NCBI GenBank assembly: GCA_964270895.1
Contig: OZ185441.1
Length of the DNA stretch: 64,000 nucleotides
From: Podarcis filfolensis
Taxonomy: Eukaryota
Strand: one strand, 5' to 3'
Both the position numbers and the translations under genes were made by a program. The notes below the pieces were generated by a model, which was given only the letters and a program-made list of their open reading frames with translations, had not been told where the DNA came from and ran no database searches. How positions within the stretch are numbered: the first letter of the stretch is position 1; the number at the start of each line of letters is the position of its first letter. Positions 48,930 to 59,966 of this stretch are shown here, piece after piece.

Positions 48930-50090
48930 CTTGGTTTTCTTCTGAACATCACATGTAAAAGTTTGATTCTCAGCAGTTGAATGGTACAGTATTGACTTTT
49001 CCTTTTCTAACTTCCCTAAAAATAATATGATTCAATCACTAGGGGGCACCAAGCACTTTTGAAAGACATTGCTCTAAGATACAATTAAAAAAAATATCAT
49101 TCTGAAAATGTTTTCGTCCTCTACATTCATTCCACAAGTGTTTGTTCTGGTTTTGTGGTGATTTTTAATTTGCACATTTTTCAGTCAAATGTGTGTCTTG
49201 TACAGCTTGTGAATATATCTGCATGACAGTACTGCAAATGAAATGTGTTTTCCAAGAGTGTTCAGAGTATATAGAAATGAAGGAACGTTTGAAGCCCCAT
49301 ATACAATACCATTGATCCATCCAGCTCAATATTGTGTACTCTGACTGGGAGCAACTGCAGGATTTTCAAACAGGGAACACTCCCAGTCCTAGTGGTAGAC
49401 GTTGAGGCAAAAAACATTGCTAGTTTTTTCTGTGCAGGGTAAGACTGCAGTAAACTGGATTTTAACGCATCTCTGATAAACGGAATTTCCCTTTTAGTGT
49501 TTTTAGATTTTCTTAATAACCTTTGGCATGATCATAGAAGCTGCACAAATGTTCTGCAGGAAACAGCACCATAACCAGAAACAAAATCATTGTATGTGAC
49601 AGAACCGGGAAGATTCAAGGCATGCCCGTAGGCAAGCTCTCCAACCCAATGTTCTAGAAATACAACCCGCAATCACTCTATGTTGGCACATTGCAACTTA
49701 CAGGCAACTTAGCAAGACTCCCGTCTTGTTCATCTTGGTAAGGCATGCTGCTATATCTGTGTCAACACAACAATATCAATAGTGTAAAGCTATGTATTGT
49801 GTTTAGACTTAAATTTTTTCTCTCTTGCACATATGTGGGTACACCACTGTGGATACATAACCAGATTGCCCCCTGGCTATTACCCCTCCCCCAGCCTTTC
49901 CAGTTTTTCAACATTGACTTGGAACTTTTTATGGGAATGAAATGGCCAGTAACCTGAGTCATTCCCATCACAACTGTTGTAACAAAAGGTTACTAGATGA
50001 TGAGGGCAAGAATCAGGCTGTTATAGTGAGTATTAGCCCTTTCCCTCGCCAGTCTAATGCTAAGCACTGAGATACTCCTAGAAACTGCTC

Positions 50091-50286
50091 CAGAGGCGAA
50101 TTTAGGGCAGCATGGCTGCTTCTGCCACACTGGGTGCCAAGCCTATGGGACGCTGCAGGGGGTTGCAACTATGACATCGTGAACTGAGCAGAGTGGAAGG
50201 TGAGAGGCGGTGTGTGTGTGTTTGTTAGGCTGAATTTTGTCCTCGCACGGCATTGCTGAAATGTGAAAGACCAAAGTCTGCCCCTG
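50091..50286. mobile_element. Possible hAT-type MITE
   Basis: Termini CAGAGGCGAATTT / AAAGTCTGCCCCTG; flanks AACTGCTC vs ACAGCTCT only partly match. Confidence 0.4.
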
Positions 50287-52177
50287 ACAGCTCTGACACA
50301 GCACAGCTTTGTGAAGGGTTGGGAAGGTGTGCTTCATTGAGTCCAGGTCCCCCCACGTTCCAAGGAGCAGTGCAAAATTGCCTGTGGGAAAAGAAAGTAA
50401 TGCTAAAACTTCACTTTAACCTTTTGTGCATACTACAAAGCAGCTTATATCCAAGAAAGCAGGCAATCTGCAATATATGGCAATGACTAATATAAAAAAA
50501 ATGCACTGATGCAGTTTGCAGTTTTTGTATTTAATTCCATTTCATTCGACTGGTTTTATGAGCAGAAGTCTAGCTATGTGCATTAGACTGATTGCATGGA
50601 TTACATGTGCCTATAATTCCATTTTCAGTTTTATGATCCCATTTACTAGTTCTCTGAATCTGGTGGCTTTCTCTTGTTAATGTGGGAGAAGTTGATTGGA
50701 GAAGGTTATTGATTGCCCTTGTAAGTTTTTCTACTGAATTATGTGGCTTCTACTGTTTAAAAAAACAATACAGGAAAAGTACAAGTTGAGAGCTGAGTGT
50801 ATTTCTTTCAAAATAACCATGCTGAACTCACTTCATAACTGTTGGGAGAGAGAAGTAAAGAATGAACAACTGGCTTTTGAGTAAGGGAGAAGTACAACAT
50901 ACCGTAGGTAGTAAATTATTACAGTATAAGCAATAATTTCATTCATGTTATCTGCTTGGCAATTGGAATTTATTCTGTTCTTTGTGGGCTCTTTGATCTA
51001 TGGATATATTTTTTAGCATTTACTTTTCTCTCTAACATAGCAGCCTGCTGCTTCATCACACATATTAAGGCTGCAATCCTATATATACACTTACCTGAGA
51101 GTAGGGATGGGGGAGTAATTTCATTCAGTTTCCATTTCAAAGCCAACCTACCCTAATTCATGCTTTCTGAAACAATATGACAACCGAAACACAAACATCC
51201 TTTGAAAGTCGCACTTTGAAAGGTCCAAAGGCTGGCATTGAAGATGTATGCCTTTGTAATGAGATGGATCCTCTTATGCTAGACATAATCTGTATTTCTC
51301 ATACTTTGGATGCTGCGCCCACTTTGTTTACTCAAGAGACAAGGTAGGATTGGCAGTTTCCATTTTGCAAGTGTCAGACAGCCATAACTGCAAGGGTTCT
51401 CTTCCCTTCCTGGGAGATGTTCCAGGCTAGGGCCAAGGTGAGCTCCTCTTCTAGTCATCGGCAGGAAACAGATTTATTTCAGTGGAGTTAATGAAAAAGA
51501 GGGTCACCACTGAAAAATCTTCAAGGTTGATGAATAGTTACCCCATAACTCTATCTGGATAAGCCATCACGTAATAGTACTGATAGGGGTGGAGTCGATT
51601 GCAGTGTGATCCTGACCAAGGCGTTCCCATAACAGTAATTGAAGGGAAATGTAGGCAACACAGACAAAATCTGATGAAGAATTTTAAGATTGGCTTCTAA
51701 ATAAAGATCTTCACTTCTCCAAAGATCAGCAGTACAGATCAATACCACTGGTTTGGACCTATGGAGGTCATGGATCTGATATATAGGATCCTAGAACGAG
51801 GCTGATCAAGGTAACCAAAGAGATTTTGAGGAGGGGAGGAATTAAATGTACTGTGTCCAAAATTCTGTCAGCATAAGCAATTTAGCTGCCCAAATGGAAT
51901 GATCCCTGCTCTCCTTCTCTTAAATGTTCTGGGTTTCCCCCCAAACTTAAGCTGAATGTGGCTGTGCAAATAACTGAGTCTTTGTCTAGGTTCATCATGA
52001 AGATACCTCGTTTGAGGCATCGCATTTGGTTACTTCCACCATCTTTATCCAACGAGAAGTATATAAAGGTAGAAGAAGACCAATCAACAATCGTTTTATT
52101 CTGGCACTGATGTTCGATGAAAAAGTTGAAATGCCCTCTTGCTTCATTCTGTCAAAAGGTATATATCAAACACCTGC

Positions 52178-52225
52178 AATACAAAGGTCAAAGTTTTCAT
52201 TTATGATGGCACTCTAGATATAAAT
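52178..52225 (+). promoter_or_regulatory. MEP1B proximal promoter: TATA box plus HNF4-like DR1 and CDX-like motifs
   Basis: TATAAAT at 52219-52225, about 50 nt upstream of the ATG; AATACAAAGGTCAAAGTTT at 52178-52196; TTTATGA at 52200-52206. Consistent with a gut/kidney brush-border gene (inference). Confidence 0.6.
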
Positions 52226-52269
52226 GCACAAAAATTAAAAGATTACAGCTCTTACTGAAGTTGTACATC

Positions 52270-52332
52270 ATGGGTTTGTGGCTATTTTATGTGCTGCTGA
52301 GCGGGGTTATTCTGCAGATAGTTTGCTGTCTG
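52270..52332 (+). CDS. MEP1B: MEP1B exon 1, signal peptide (63 nt)
   Basis: MGLWLFYVLLSGVILQIVCCL, hydrophobic; donor GTAAGA; follows a TATA box and splices in frame to downstream meprin exons. Confidence 0.85.
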
Positions 52333-53740
52333 GTAAGACAATAAAAACCATACTTTAATTCTTAAGGACTAGAGTGAATTAGCACATTTGTATTTAATGT
52401 GCATATTTTTTAAAAATGCGAATAGTTTCTGTAAATCGGGGCCAGGGGTCATAATTATTGGGGTTGCAGTGGGGAGAGAGAGTTTAATCATTTCCTCCTT
52501 GGCTGTGGTTCTGACAAAAATCATTCTTTTGGAGTTAACTTCTGCCCAAGATTGCATGCTTCTCCCTCCCTTCACTTCTGGTGCAGCCACAAGGATGAGA
52601 TCAGAAGCTTTTATTTCCAACTTACACAACAGTTTAGCATTGTGGCTTAACCTAAACTGTGGTTAATTTTATCTATGCCAGAAAAGAAGGGGGATGTGCA
52701 TGAGCCTAGGGGCAGGTTACGTTGGTTCCCATCAGAGTAAATGCAGCCTCTGTCTCTGTGTGTTCTGTCCCCTATTTTAGAGTAGTTGTTTTATATATCA
52801 AAAGCTAAAACAATTTTTAAAGTTTTCAAAGTGTAATTATACAAATACAAAAAAGAACAAGAAGCTTGCATTGTTATAAGTTGTTAATGAATAAATATCT
52901 GAAATAACATTTGTACCATAGCGTTATTTCTACTTGTATTCTCTCACTTATTATAATGGTATGTGTTCTAATATAACAAACTGGCTAAACTGTATGGTCC
53001 AAGAGGCTAGTATAAACCACAGTGTTGTATCCATAGAACAACATGATAGACATACGGCACACCAGCTATTTAAATATCCTTATTATGAAGTGTGGGTAAT
53101 GAATATAGTTTAATGATCCAGTATTTTCATATATGCTAGGTTATGTATAATATCCCAGTATCCTAGTGACCAATATTTAATTTTGTTTAAACACCTAATC
53201 CAGGCTCTAGTGATTTTCTTGAGCTGAGGCCTGGGAAATGATGCTGTGTCTTTTTTTGCACCTCCATATGCACACCATTCTCTTGTTTTGTACAACACTA
53301 GTTCCTCTTCCTTTCCAGTTGTGCAATTGTAGGATTATGGAAAAAGAAATTCTCTTAAACTGTTCTATGATAGAATGAGTATTAGGGATTTTAATCCCAG
53401 CTCCACGCAATTGCTAAGCACACCATCAGGAATATTATCACCACAGTTTCTAATATATAAATATACCAACAAGAGAAAGCAATGGTTAACCAATATTTTT
53501 AAAATATAGCAAGAAACGGGGTTTAGTCCCATGTCTCAGGTAGAACATGTTTTCATATATGCACAGAAAATCATATTATAGGTGTATAATATTGCAGTGA
53601 ATCTGACTTTAAACTGTTGATGCAAAACTTGCCAAATGAATTTGGCTGATAAATTTGGCTGCACTTGCCATTAGGTATCACTTGTAATCTACAAAGAACA
53701 GATTGCACATCTGACTGTTTCCTCCTTTCTTTTATTCTAG

Positions 53741-53759
53741 CCTGTTCAAGAACTACAGG
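53741..53759 (+). CDS. MEP1B: MEP1B micro-exon 2 (19 nt)
   Basis: Polypyrimidine tract and ttctAG, then CCTGTTCAAGAACTACAGG (PVQELQ+G), donor GTGAGT; supplies the phase 0-to-1 link needed between exons 1 and 3. Confidence 0.8.
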
Positions 53760-54392
53760 GTGAGTTCTATTTTGTATCTTACTAATTGTGACAAAATAGG
53801 GGCAACAAAAGCAGCTGCTCATGAACACAGCAGACGCAAAAGCTGATTTATAATTATGGTTAGCACATTGACATTCTGATCCTAAGTGTATTTACTTGGA
53901 AATTAAGTACCATTGAGTTGAGTGGAACTTGCCTCTGAACAAGTATGCTTCTAGAACAATACAGAGGTGAGGAGAACCAAAGGTGTGCACTGACCAGATG
54001 GAAGGTGGGGCCTGTTTTTCTTCCTCTGCCCACCCCGCACCCCAGTTCCAGGAGCTTTCCTTCTGAACAACTTTTGCCCTTCCATTTATCACCGTGGAGG
54101 GGCTACATCAGTTCCAGGTCTGGTGTGGTTTGTCCCTGGTTCCAGAGTTGTGTTGGGGGAACAGAAAGAATTAGGATCTGGCAAATCCAAAACCTCTCCT
54201 AGCATGACTTCTGCATGCTTCCTTATTGACCTCTTGACATTGGGGCTCTATTGGGGGAAAAAAACACTGGCTCTGCATCTTTCTGCAGCCTCATGGAGGA
54301 GGCTTACAAGGTCTGATCTCCCTCTCTGTGGAAGGACCTCTCTCTCTACCTGTGGAGAGGGACAGTAACAGAAAAGTATGGCCTCTAGGATG

Positions 54393-54885
54393 CAGGGGCA
54401 TCGTGTGTGGGGAGTCTACCAGGGCAATAACCCCAGGCATATTGTTTTAGGAGGTGTTGCACATTTGGCTCCTCACACTGCCCTGTCAGCCCTGTGCTGC
54501 TTTTTGTGAGGCTAGGATCAGATCTGAATGATTCACAGGGCAAATCATGCAGATCGGATCCCAGCCTCGTACGACTGGCTGGGCAGCATGAGCAGGATGC
54601 AACAGCCATATGGCCTTCAATCCCAGTCTTGCCCTTGCTTTGCGAGGCTGGGATCAAAGGGCGCATGGCTGCTGCATCCTCCTCACGTCACCCTGCCAGC
54701 CTCGAGCTGCTTTATGAGGCTGGGATGACCCAAGGCCTGTGTTGGCCAACTGGGCTCCCCTCTGCATAGGCGGGCAGGTGGTGCAGCGCAGCCCGCTTGG
54801 CTACGGTGGTGGGTTCTGGTGGTGGCGGCAAGGACTGGGATGGCATGGTGGGCTCCGTTGACCTCTGCACCCTGGTATGCCACTG
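54393..54885. mobile_element. hAT-type non-autonomous element (493 bp) with three internal hairpins
   Basis: Termini CAGGGGCATCG / GGTATGCCACTG; perfect 8-bp TSD CTAGGATG (54385-54392, 54886-54893). Confidence 0.85.
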
Positions 54886-54982
54886 CTAGGATGCCCTGCC
54901 GGGGACTGCAGCCTGCTTGTTGTAATGGATAAAATATAATGGCCATAATTACAACTATCTCTGTTTTCTTTTTGTTTTTCAG

Positions 54983-55033
54983 AAAGAAATGAAGACAGTG
55001 GAATAGATCAAGATATCTTTGATATCAATGAAG
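54983..55033 (+). CDS. MEP1B: MEP1B exon 3, propeptide (51 nt)
   Basis: (E)RNEDSGIDQDIFDINE matches the meprin DQDIFDINE motif; AG at 54981-54982, GT at 55034. Confidence 0.93.
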
Positions 55034-55136
55034 GTTTTTTTCAGCCTAATGTTTTAATTATTATTGTCTTTTATAATAGTGTGTGTGTGTGATCATGGAT
55101 TAAAATGCACTAACCTGCCATGCGTTTCTTTTTTAG

Positions 55137-55180
55137 CATTGGGACTGAACTTGTTCGAGGGTGATATCAAACTTGATGAG
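55137..55180 (+). CDS. MEP1B: MEP1B exon 4, propeptide with the astacin FEGDI motif (44 nt)
   Basis: (A)LGLNLFEGDIKLDE; branch point CACTAAC at 55108-55114; donor GTGAGT. Confidence 0.96.
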
Positions 55181-57271
55181 GTGAGTTGAAATGACAAACA
55201 GCAGTATAAATGACTGCTAACTTGGGGATGATGAGCCCATGCTTCCCTATTGTAAAAAGGTGATAAGATTTTGCCCTAGTCTGAGATCTTCCCTTGCTTC
55301 ATAGCTCCTGATGAAGAAGCTCCTGGCTGTTTTTGTAATGCCCGCCTTTCACTGCAGCCCCTTTGAAGCTTCCCATCCTTCTACTCCTCACACTTTATTA
55401 TTTTCGGTGCCTTGCCGATGGAGGCTGCTACACCTTTAGCATTGCACTATACCAGGCAGTTGAAAGGAAGGATGAGATGGGCATAAAGGTCACATCAGTC
55501 CAGTGGCTGGGGAAGTTGGACCTTGAGGTTGAGCCAGGAGCTTCCTCCTCCATGTGATGCCTAAGGCTATAGGAGCTCCATCAGAGTGAGGAGCTATTAA
55601 CCCTGTTTATTAGCTATAAATGTTTTCTTTATGAAGCTATAACTGGAAGTGTCTGGAGAGGAATTAATATAGAATGTCTGAGATAATAAAAGAGGAGAGA
55701 GTACTGTAAAAATGTGGAAGCATGACACAGAATATAATCAATTCAGCCATTAGGTTACCATTATTAGCATTTTAATTTCCCTCGCATTGAGATAGATGCC
55801 AGTACAACGCTGAAAGCAAAAATGCTAACCCTGTGCATATCACAGTTCATGGGAGAGGTTTACAGTACATCTTATAGTACGTGTGTGTGTGTGTGTCATT
55901 TACAACCTGTACATCTCATCCAATCTTATGCTGATAGTTCAATTCAATTCAATGATTAGACCACTGTATTTAACAGACTTGTATGGTCAGAAGATTCCAA
56001 AGAAAGTTATAACCCTGTACTTAAGTGTCATGGAAAGTTAGGATGCAGCAGATTAAATTGTGGTTCCATTGTTGATTTTTGCCCAGGCAGACATACCACT
56101 GCCTCAGTGTTTCAGGGAAGGCCGTATAAACAAACACCCATGCCTTTTCTTAATGGTCTTCTGTCTCTGGCTGGAGTTAGTTAGCAATGCTCCCTGGAGT
56201 CTATGTTGCAACTACAAGTGGATACAGGCCCCCCCCCCCCATTCCAGCTATTACTTCTAAAAATGAATCCTGTGCAGCATGCGAGATAAGACCTGCCTGC
56301 CTATTCCACCAACTTGGGCAAGAGCTATGATTTAAACATACTATCTTTTTCTTTCATTGTTTGGAATTCTGTGTTCTTTGTGTTAATAAATCTAAGTTTT
56401 TTTATTAGCTAACTGGTATGATCCGGTCCAAGAGAATTTAGAATGTTTCTTACTCCCTGTGATTACTTTGGTACCCTTCCAAGTAAACAGCAAGTACTGA
56501 CGACCCTCCAGGGGAATTTGATGCAGGGATACTAGAAGATGGCAGTGACTTGGTGCCCCAGTTAAATCTTACACCTCCTTTGTAATACTTAATAGCCCTA
56601 CTGCTCTGACAACTTAGCCTGTGGCAGCAGCTGTTGACTCTTTGTAGGGTGAATCCCAGAGAAAAACTGGAGCGATGAAACCCCCATTTAATTTGGCATA
56701 TCAAGAATATCAAGTGTGGGATGTGAGGTTAAGGGCCTTCCAAAAGACCTCTGGGATGCCACAATCAAGCTTCTAAAGAAACTGATTTCATGCCTATGAC
56801 TAATACACTATTTCAAGGATTGCCAGTGAGAAACCATGTGAGCTTTGCCCTTGACTACTTGAGTAAGATCAGGTGTTTTTTACTGCAACAGAAATTGCAC
56901 CATGCGGAAGGCACACATTTTAATACCTTTTCGTAATAGCTATAAGGAACATGAAGGTAGTGTGTGTTTTCACTTGAGTGCGCAACTTTCTGAAATGTTG
57001 CATCCAGTGCTTGAGTCTTGAGTCTACATTTGTAAAGAAATCCCAGGGGTGCACAGAATATTCAGTCTTGCATATAGCTGCAACTCTACGACACTGAGGC
57101 ACTTCCAGCAGACCAGCCCCAATTATCCAACCCCAGTGTGCAAGAACAATGAGGAACTGGATACACCACACTGCAGGTGCCTAAAGAGCAAAACTCTGAA
57201 CTCAGAGGAGTCACGGTGCCAACTCTTGTGCTTTCTTTCTCTGAATTTCTTGTATTTGCCTTCCTTTTCAG

Positions 57272-57350
57272 AGACCAGAACGTAACTCCATTATTGGCAA
57301 TGAATATCGATGGCCTCACACCATTCCATATGTCCTTGAGGACAGCCTAG
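57272..57350 (+). CDS. MEP1B: MEP1B exon 5, activation site R|NSII (79 nt)
   Basis: RPERNSIIGNEYRWPHTIPYVLEDSL; AG/GT in frame. Confidence 0.97.
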
Positions 57351-57727
57351 GTACGGCAGTTAATTTCTTAAGATCACTTGTTGTAGAAGCAACCTCCAGT
57401 ATGAACATTTGTTCTTTTCTTCAGTATTAATTTTGGTGGTATATTTGCCAAGATTTGGGGTAAAAGGCTTACTTCATAAGAACAAATGGGATATAATTTC
57501 TTAAACTTTGATTTTTACCAACAATTTTAAAAAGTATATTACAAAACCTACCTTTCAATACAGCAATATGGAGAAAAATAAACTTCAGCATTTGATAAAA
57601 ATGCAAGCTCAACTTGTAAATAAAACCAGCTAGGCCTGTATGTGGAAGGTAACAGCGCTATCCAGGAATTCCCAAAAGTTGTAAAGGATACATCTGGTTT
57701 AGTCAAATCTTGGACAGATATGATATA

Positions 57728-57955
57728 CAGTGGTACCTCTGGTTACAAACTTAATTCATTCTGGAGGTCCGTTCTTAACCTGAAACTGTTCTTAACCTGA
57801 GGTACCACTTTAGCTAATGGGGCCTCCCGCTGCCGCCGCCGCGCAATTTCTGTTCTCATCCTGAGGTAAGGTTCTTAACCCAAGGTACTACTTACGGGTT
57901 AGCTGTAACCCGAAGTGTTTGTAACCCGAGGTGTTTGTAACCCGAGGTACCACTG
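57728..57955. mobile_element. Tigger-like MITE, subfamily 1 (forward)
   Basis: TA-CAGTGGTACCTCTGGTTAC ... AACCCGAGGTACCACTG-TA. Confidence 0.9.
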
Positions 57956-58977
57956 TATCTTTCATTATAAGCAATGTGCCATGATTCAGCAAAGCAGTTA
58001 TGAGTTTTCTATCAGATTTTTATGGGCTGTCAGAAGAGATGACTCCTCCAGATTCTCTTTTCTTATAGCCTGGAGGAGGACCAAGACAGGACAATGCATA
58101 CTTGAAACAGAGACTTGCAAAGGCATAGAAACACAAATAGTTGAAATTGGGCTCTGTAAGCATCTTAGGTTCTGGCCAGGACCCTAGAGGTCTGATGCGC
58201 AAGCAGTGGGTTGGGTTGACTGCTTGGATGTTTAAGCTATGCCTCATTAAGCTCAGCCTGTATACAAACAGGGGTATAAATATTACACTCCAATATTATG
58301 ACTCACCAGTAAGCTTCTAGTGACCTCCTTCTAAAAGAAACCAAGCCTTGATAAAAGTTGCCGTGTCTTAGCTGCTCAGAGATTTGGGGTGAGGGTAGCA
58401 ATGCAAAGAAATAGAGGCAAAAGATTGCCCAAGTTCCAAATTTACAATAAACTCCACTTACACTGCCTGTAGTAATAAAGTAATTATGTCATTATCTTGC
58501 ACCTTCTCTCAGATTCAAAAGTGCCAATTTGGGATTAACAGTGAAGATCTGGTTGCTTATCACTTTATAAGATGCTGCAGCTAGATTGGTGACCAGAGCC
58601 AGTTACAGGAAGAACAGAAACTCAGTGTTAAAACAGCTCTACTGGATCCCAGTACATTTCAGAGTACAATGGCTTGGAAAATAGAACTAGTTGCTTAGCT
58701 TGAAGGTTTGTAGCAAATCAACAGTCCAAGGAAGCAAAAGAGAAATTTGTAGAGCAAATTGGGTTACTTCTAAAATAGTTATTTATAGTCCACTTTCCTA
58801 TGCTAAAGGCATACTTGAAAAGGCTTTAATAATTCTCCCAACAATTTAAATTATATTAGTCTACCAAATTTATACTCATTAGCACTAATAGCAGAGATTC
58901 CAGTTGCTATGTGGAGGGTTAGCTGAAAGGGCATTCCTTTAGGTGAGCGATAACCAATTCTTTGTTTTTTCTTCCAG

Positions 58978-59095
58978 ATATGAATGCAAAGGGGCTGATC
59001 CTCAGTGCATTTGAACAGTATCGCCTAAAATCCTGTATTGATTTCAAACCCTGGGAAGGCGAAGCAAATTACATATCTGTCTTCAAAGGTAGTGG
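58978..59095 (+). CDS. MEP1B: MEP1B exon 6 (118 nt)
   Basis: (D)[38 protein letters not shown](G); AG/GTAAG. Confidence 0.97.
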
Positions 59096-59486
59096 GTAAG
59101 AGAAATCATCCTTTTAAGTAATGTTTCTTTCTTTTTCATAGTCTCTGTACAGTCTCACATATGAGATCTGTGCCTGTCAGTGGAGGCTAGCTCATTAGGG
59201 CAAATGGGGCACTGCCCCACCACCTCCAATCGCCTCTCAGTTGGCCCTCACCCACCTTCTTACGTAGATCAGGCCAGGGGATGGAACAGCTTGTCAGCTT
59301 CCTCAGTTACACTGTTGCCCTTGTAGAATTCAACAGATAGGAGGAGGATGGGGGCAAAACTAACAATAGTTGGTTTTGCCTCTCAATGGCTCTGGTTCTT
59401 TCTGTATGAATTTGTGATCTGTAAGCATGGCATTCTTTTTAGTAAATGTTTTGTGATTAAAGCACATGTCACAAATGTGATGAACC

Positions 59487-59665
59487 TAGGAAGCTGCCTT
59501 ATACCAACTAGTCTAGGCTTTGTTTGTCTAGCTCAGTGTTGTCTACAATGACAGCTAGTGGTTTTCCAGGGACTCAGAATGGAATTTTCCCCATCCTTCC
59601 CTGGAGATGCCAGGGATTGTACTTGCGACCTTCTGCATGCAAAGCAGTTGTTCCACCACTGAACT
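59487..59665 (-). mobile_element. tRNA-Ala-derived SINE (Squam2-like)
   Basis: Minus strand head AGTTCAGTGGTGGAACAACTGCTTTGCATGCAGAAGGTCGCAAGTACAATCCCTGGCATCTCCAG (TGC anticodon-like) followed by a non-tRNA body. Confidence 0.65.
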
Positions 59666-59740
59666 TTCTTTACACATTTGTACTCTGATCATTATTTTAA
59701 CCAACATTTTGACTTGCAGTAGCATCACAAAACCCTTATA

Positions 59741-59966
59741 CAGTGGTACCTCGGGTTACATACGCTTCAGGTTACAGACTCCGCTAACCCAGAAATAGTG
59801 CTTCAGGTTAAGAACTTTGCTTCAGGATCAGAACAGAAATCGGGCTCTGGCAGAGCGGCGGCAGCAGGAGGCCCCATTAGCTGAAGTGGTGCTTCAGGTT
59901 AAGAACAGTTTCAGGTTAAGAACGGACCTCCAGAACGAATTAAGTACTTAACCTGAGGTACCACTG
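59741..59966. mobile_element. Tigger-like MITE, subfamily 1 (reverse)
   Basis: TA-CAGTGGTACCTCGGGTTACATACGC ... TAACCTGAGGTACCACTG-TA; interior inverted relative to 57728. Confidence 0.9.

Noticed and set aside
51200-51235. Two TCF/LEF-like CTTTGAA words and an HNF4-like GGTCCAAAGG upstream of MEP1B
   Set aside because: They appear to lie within or at the edge of a decayed interspersed repeat (about 51065-51260); short motifs with no independent support
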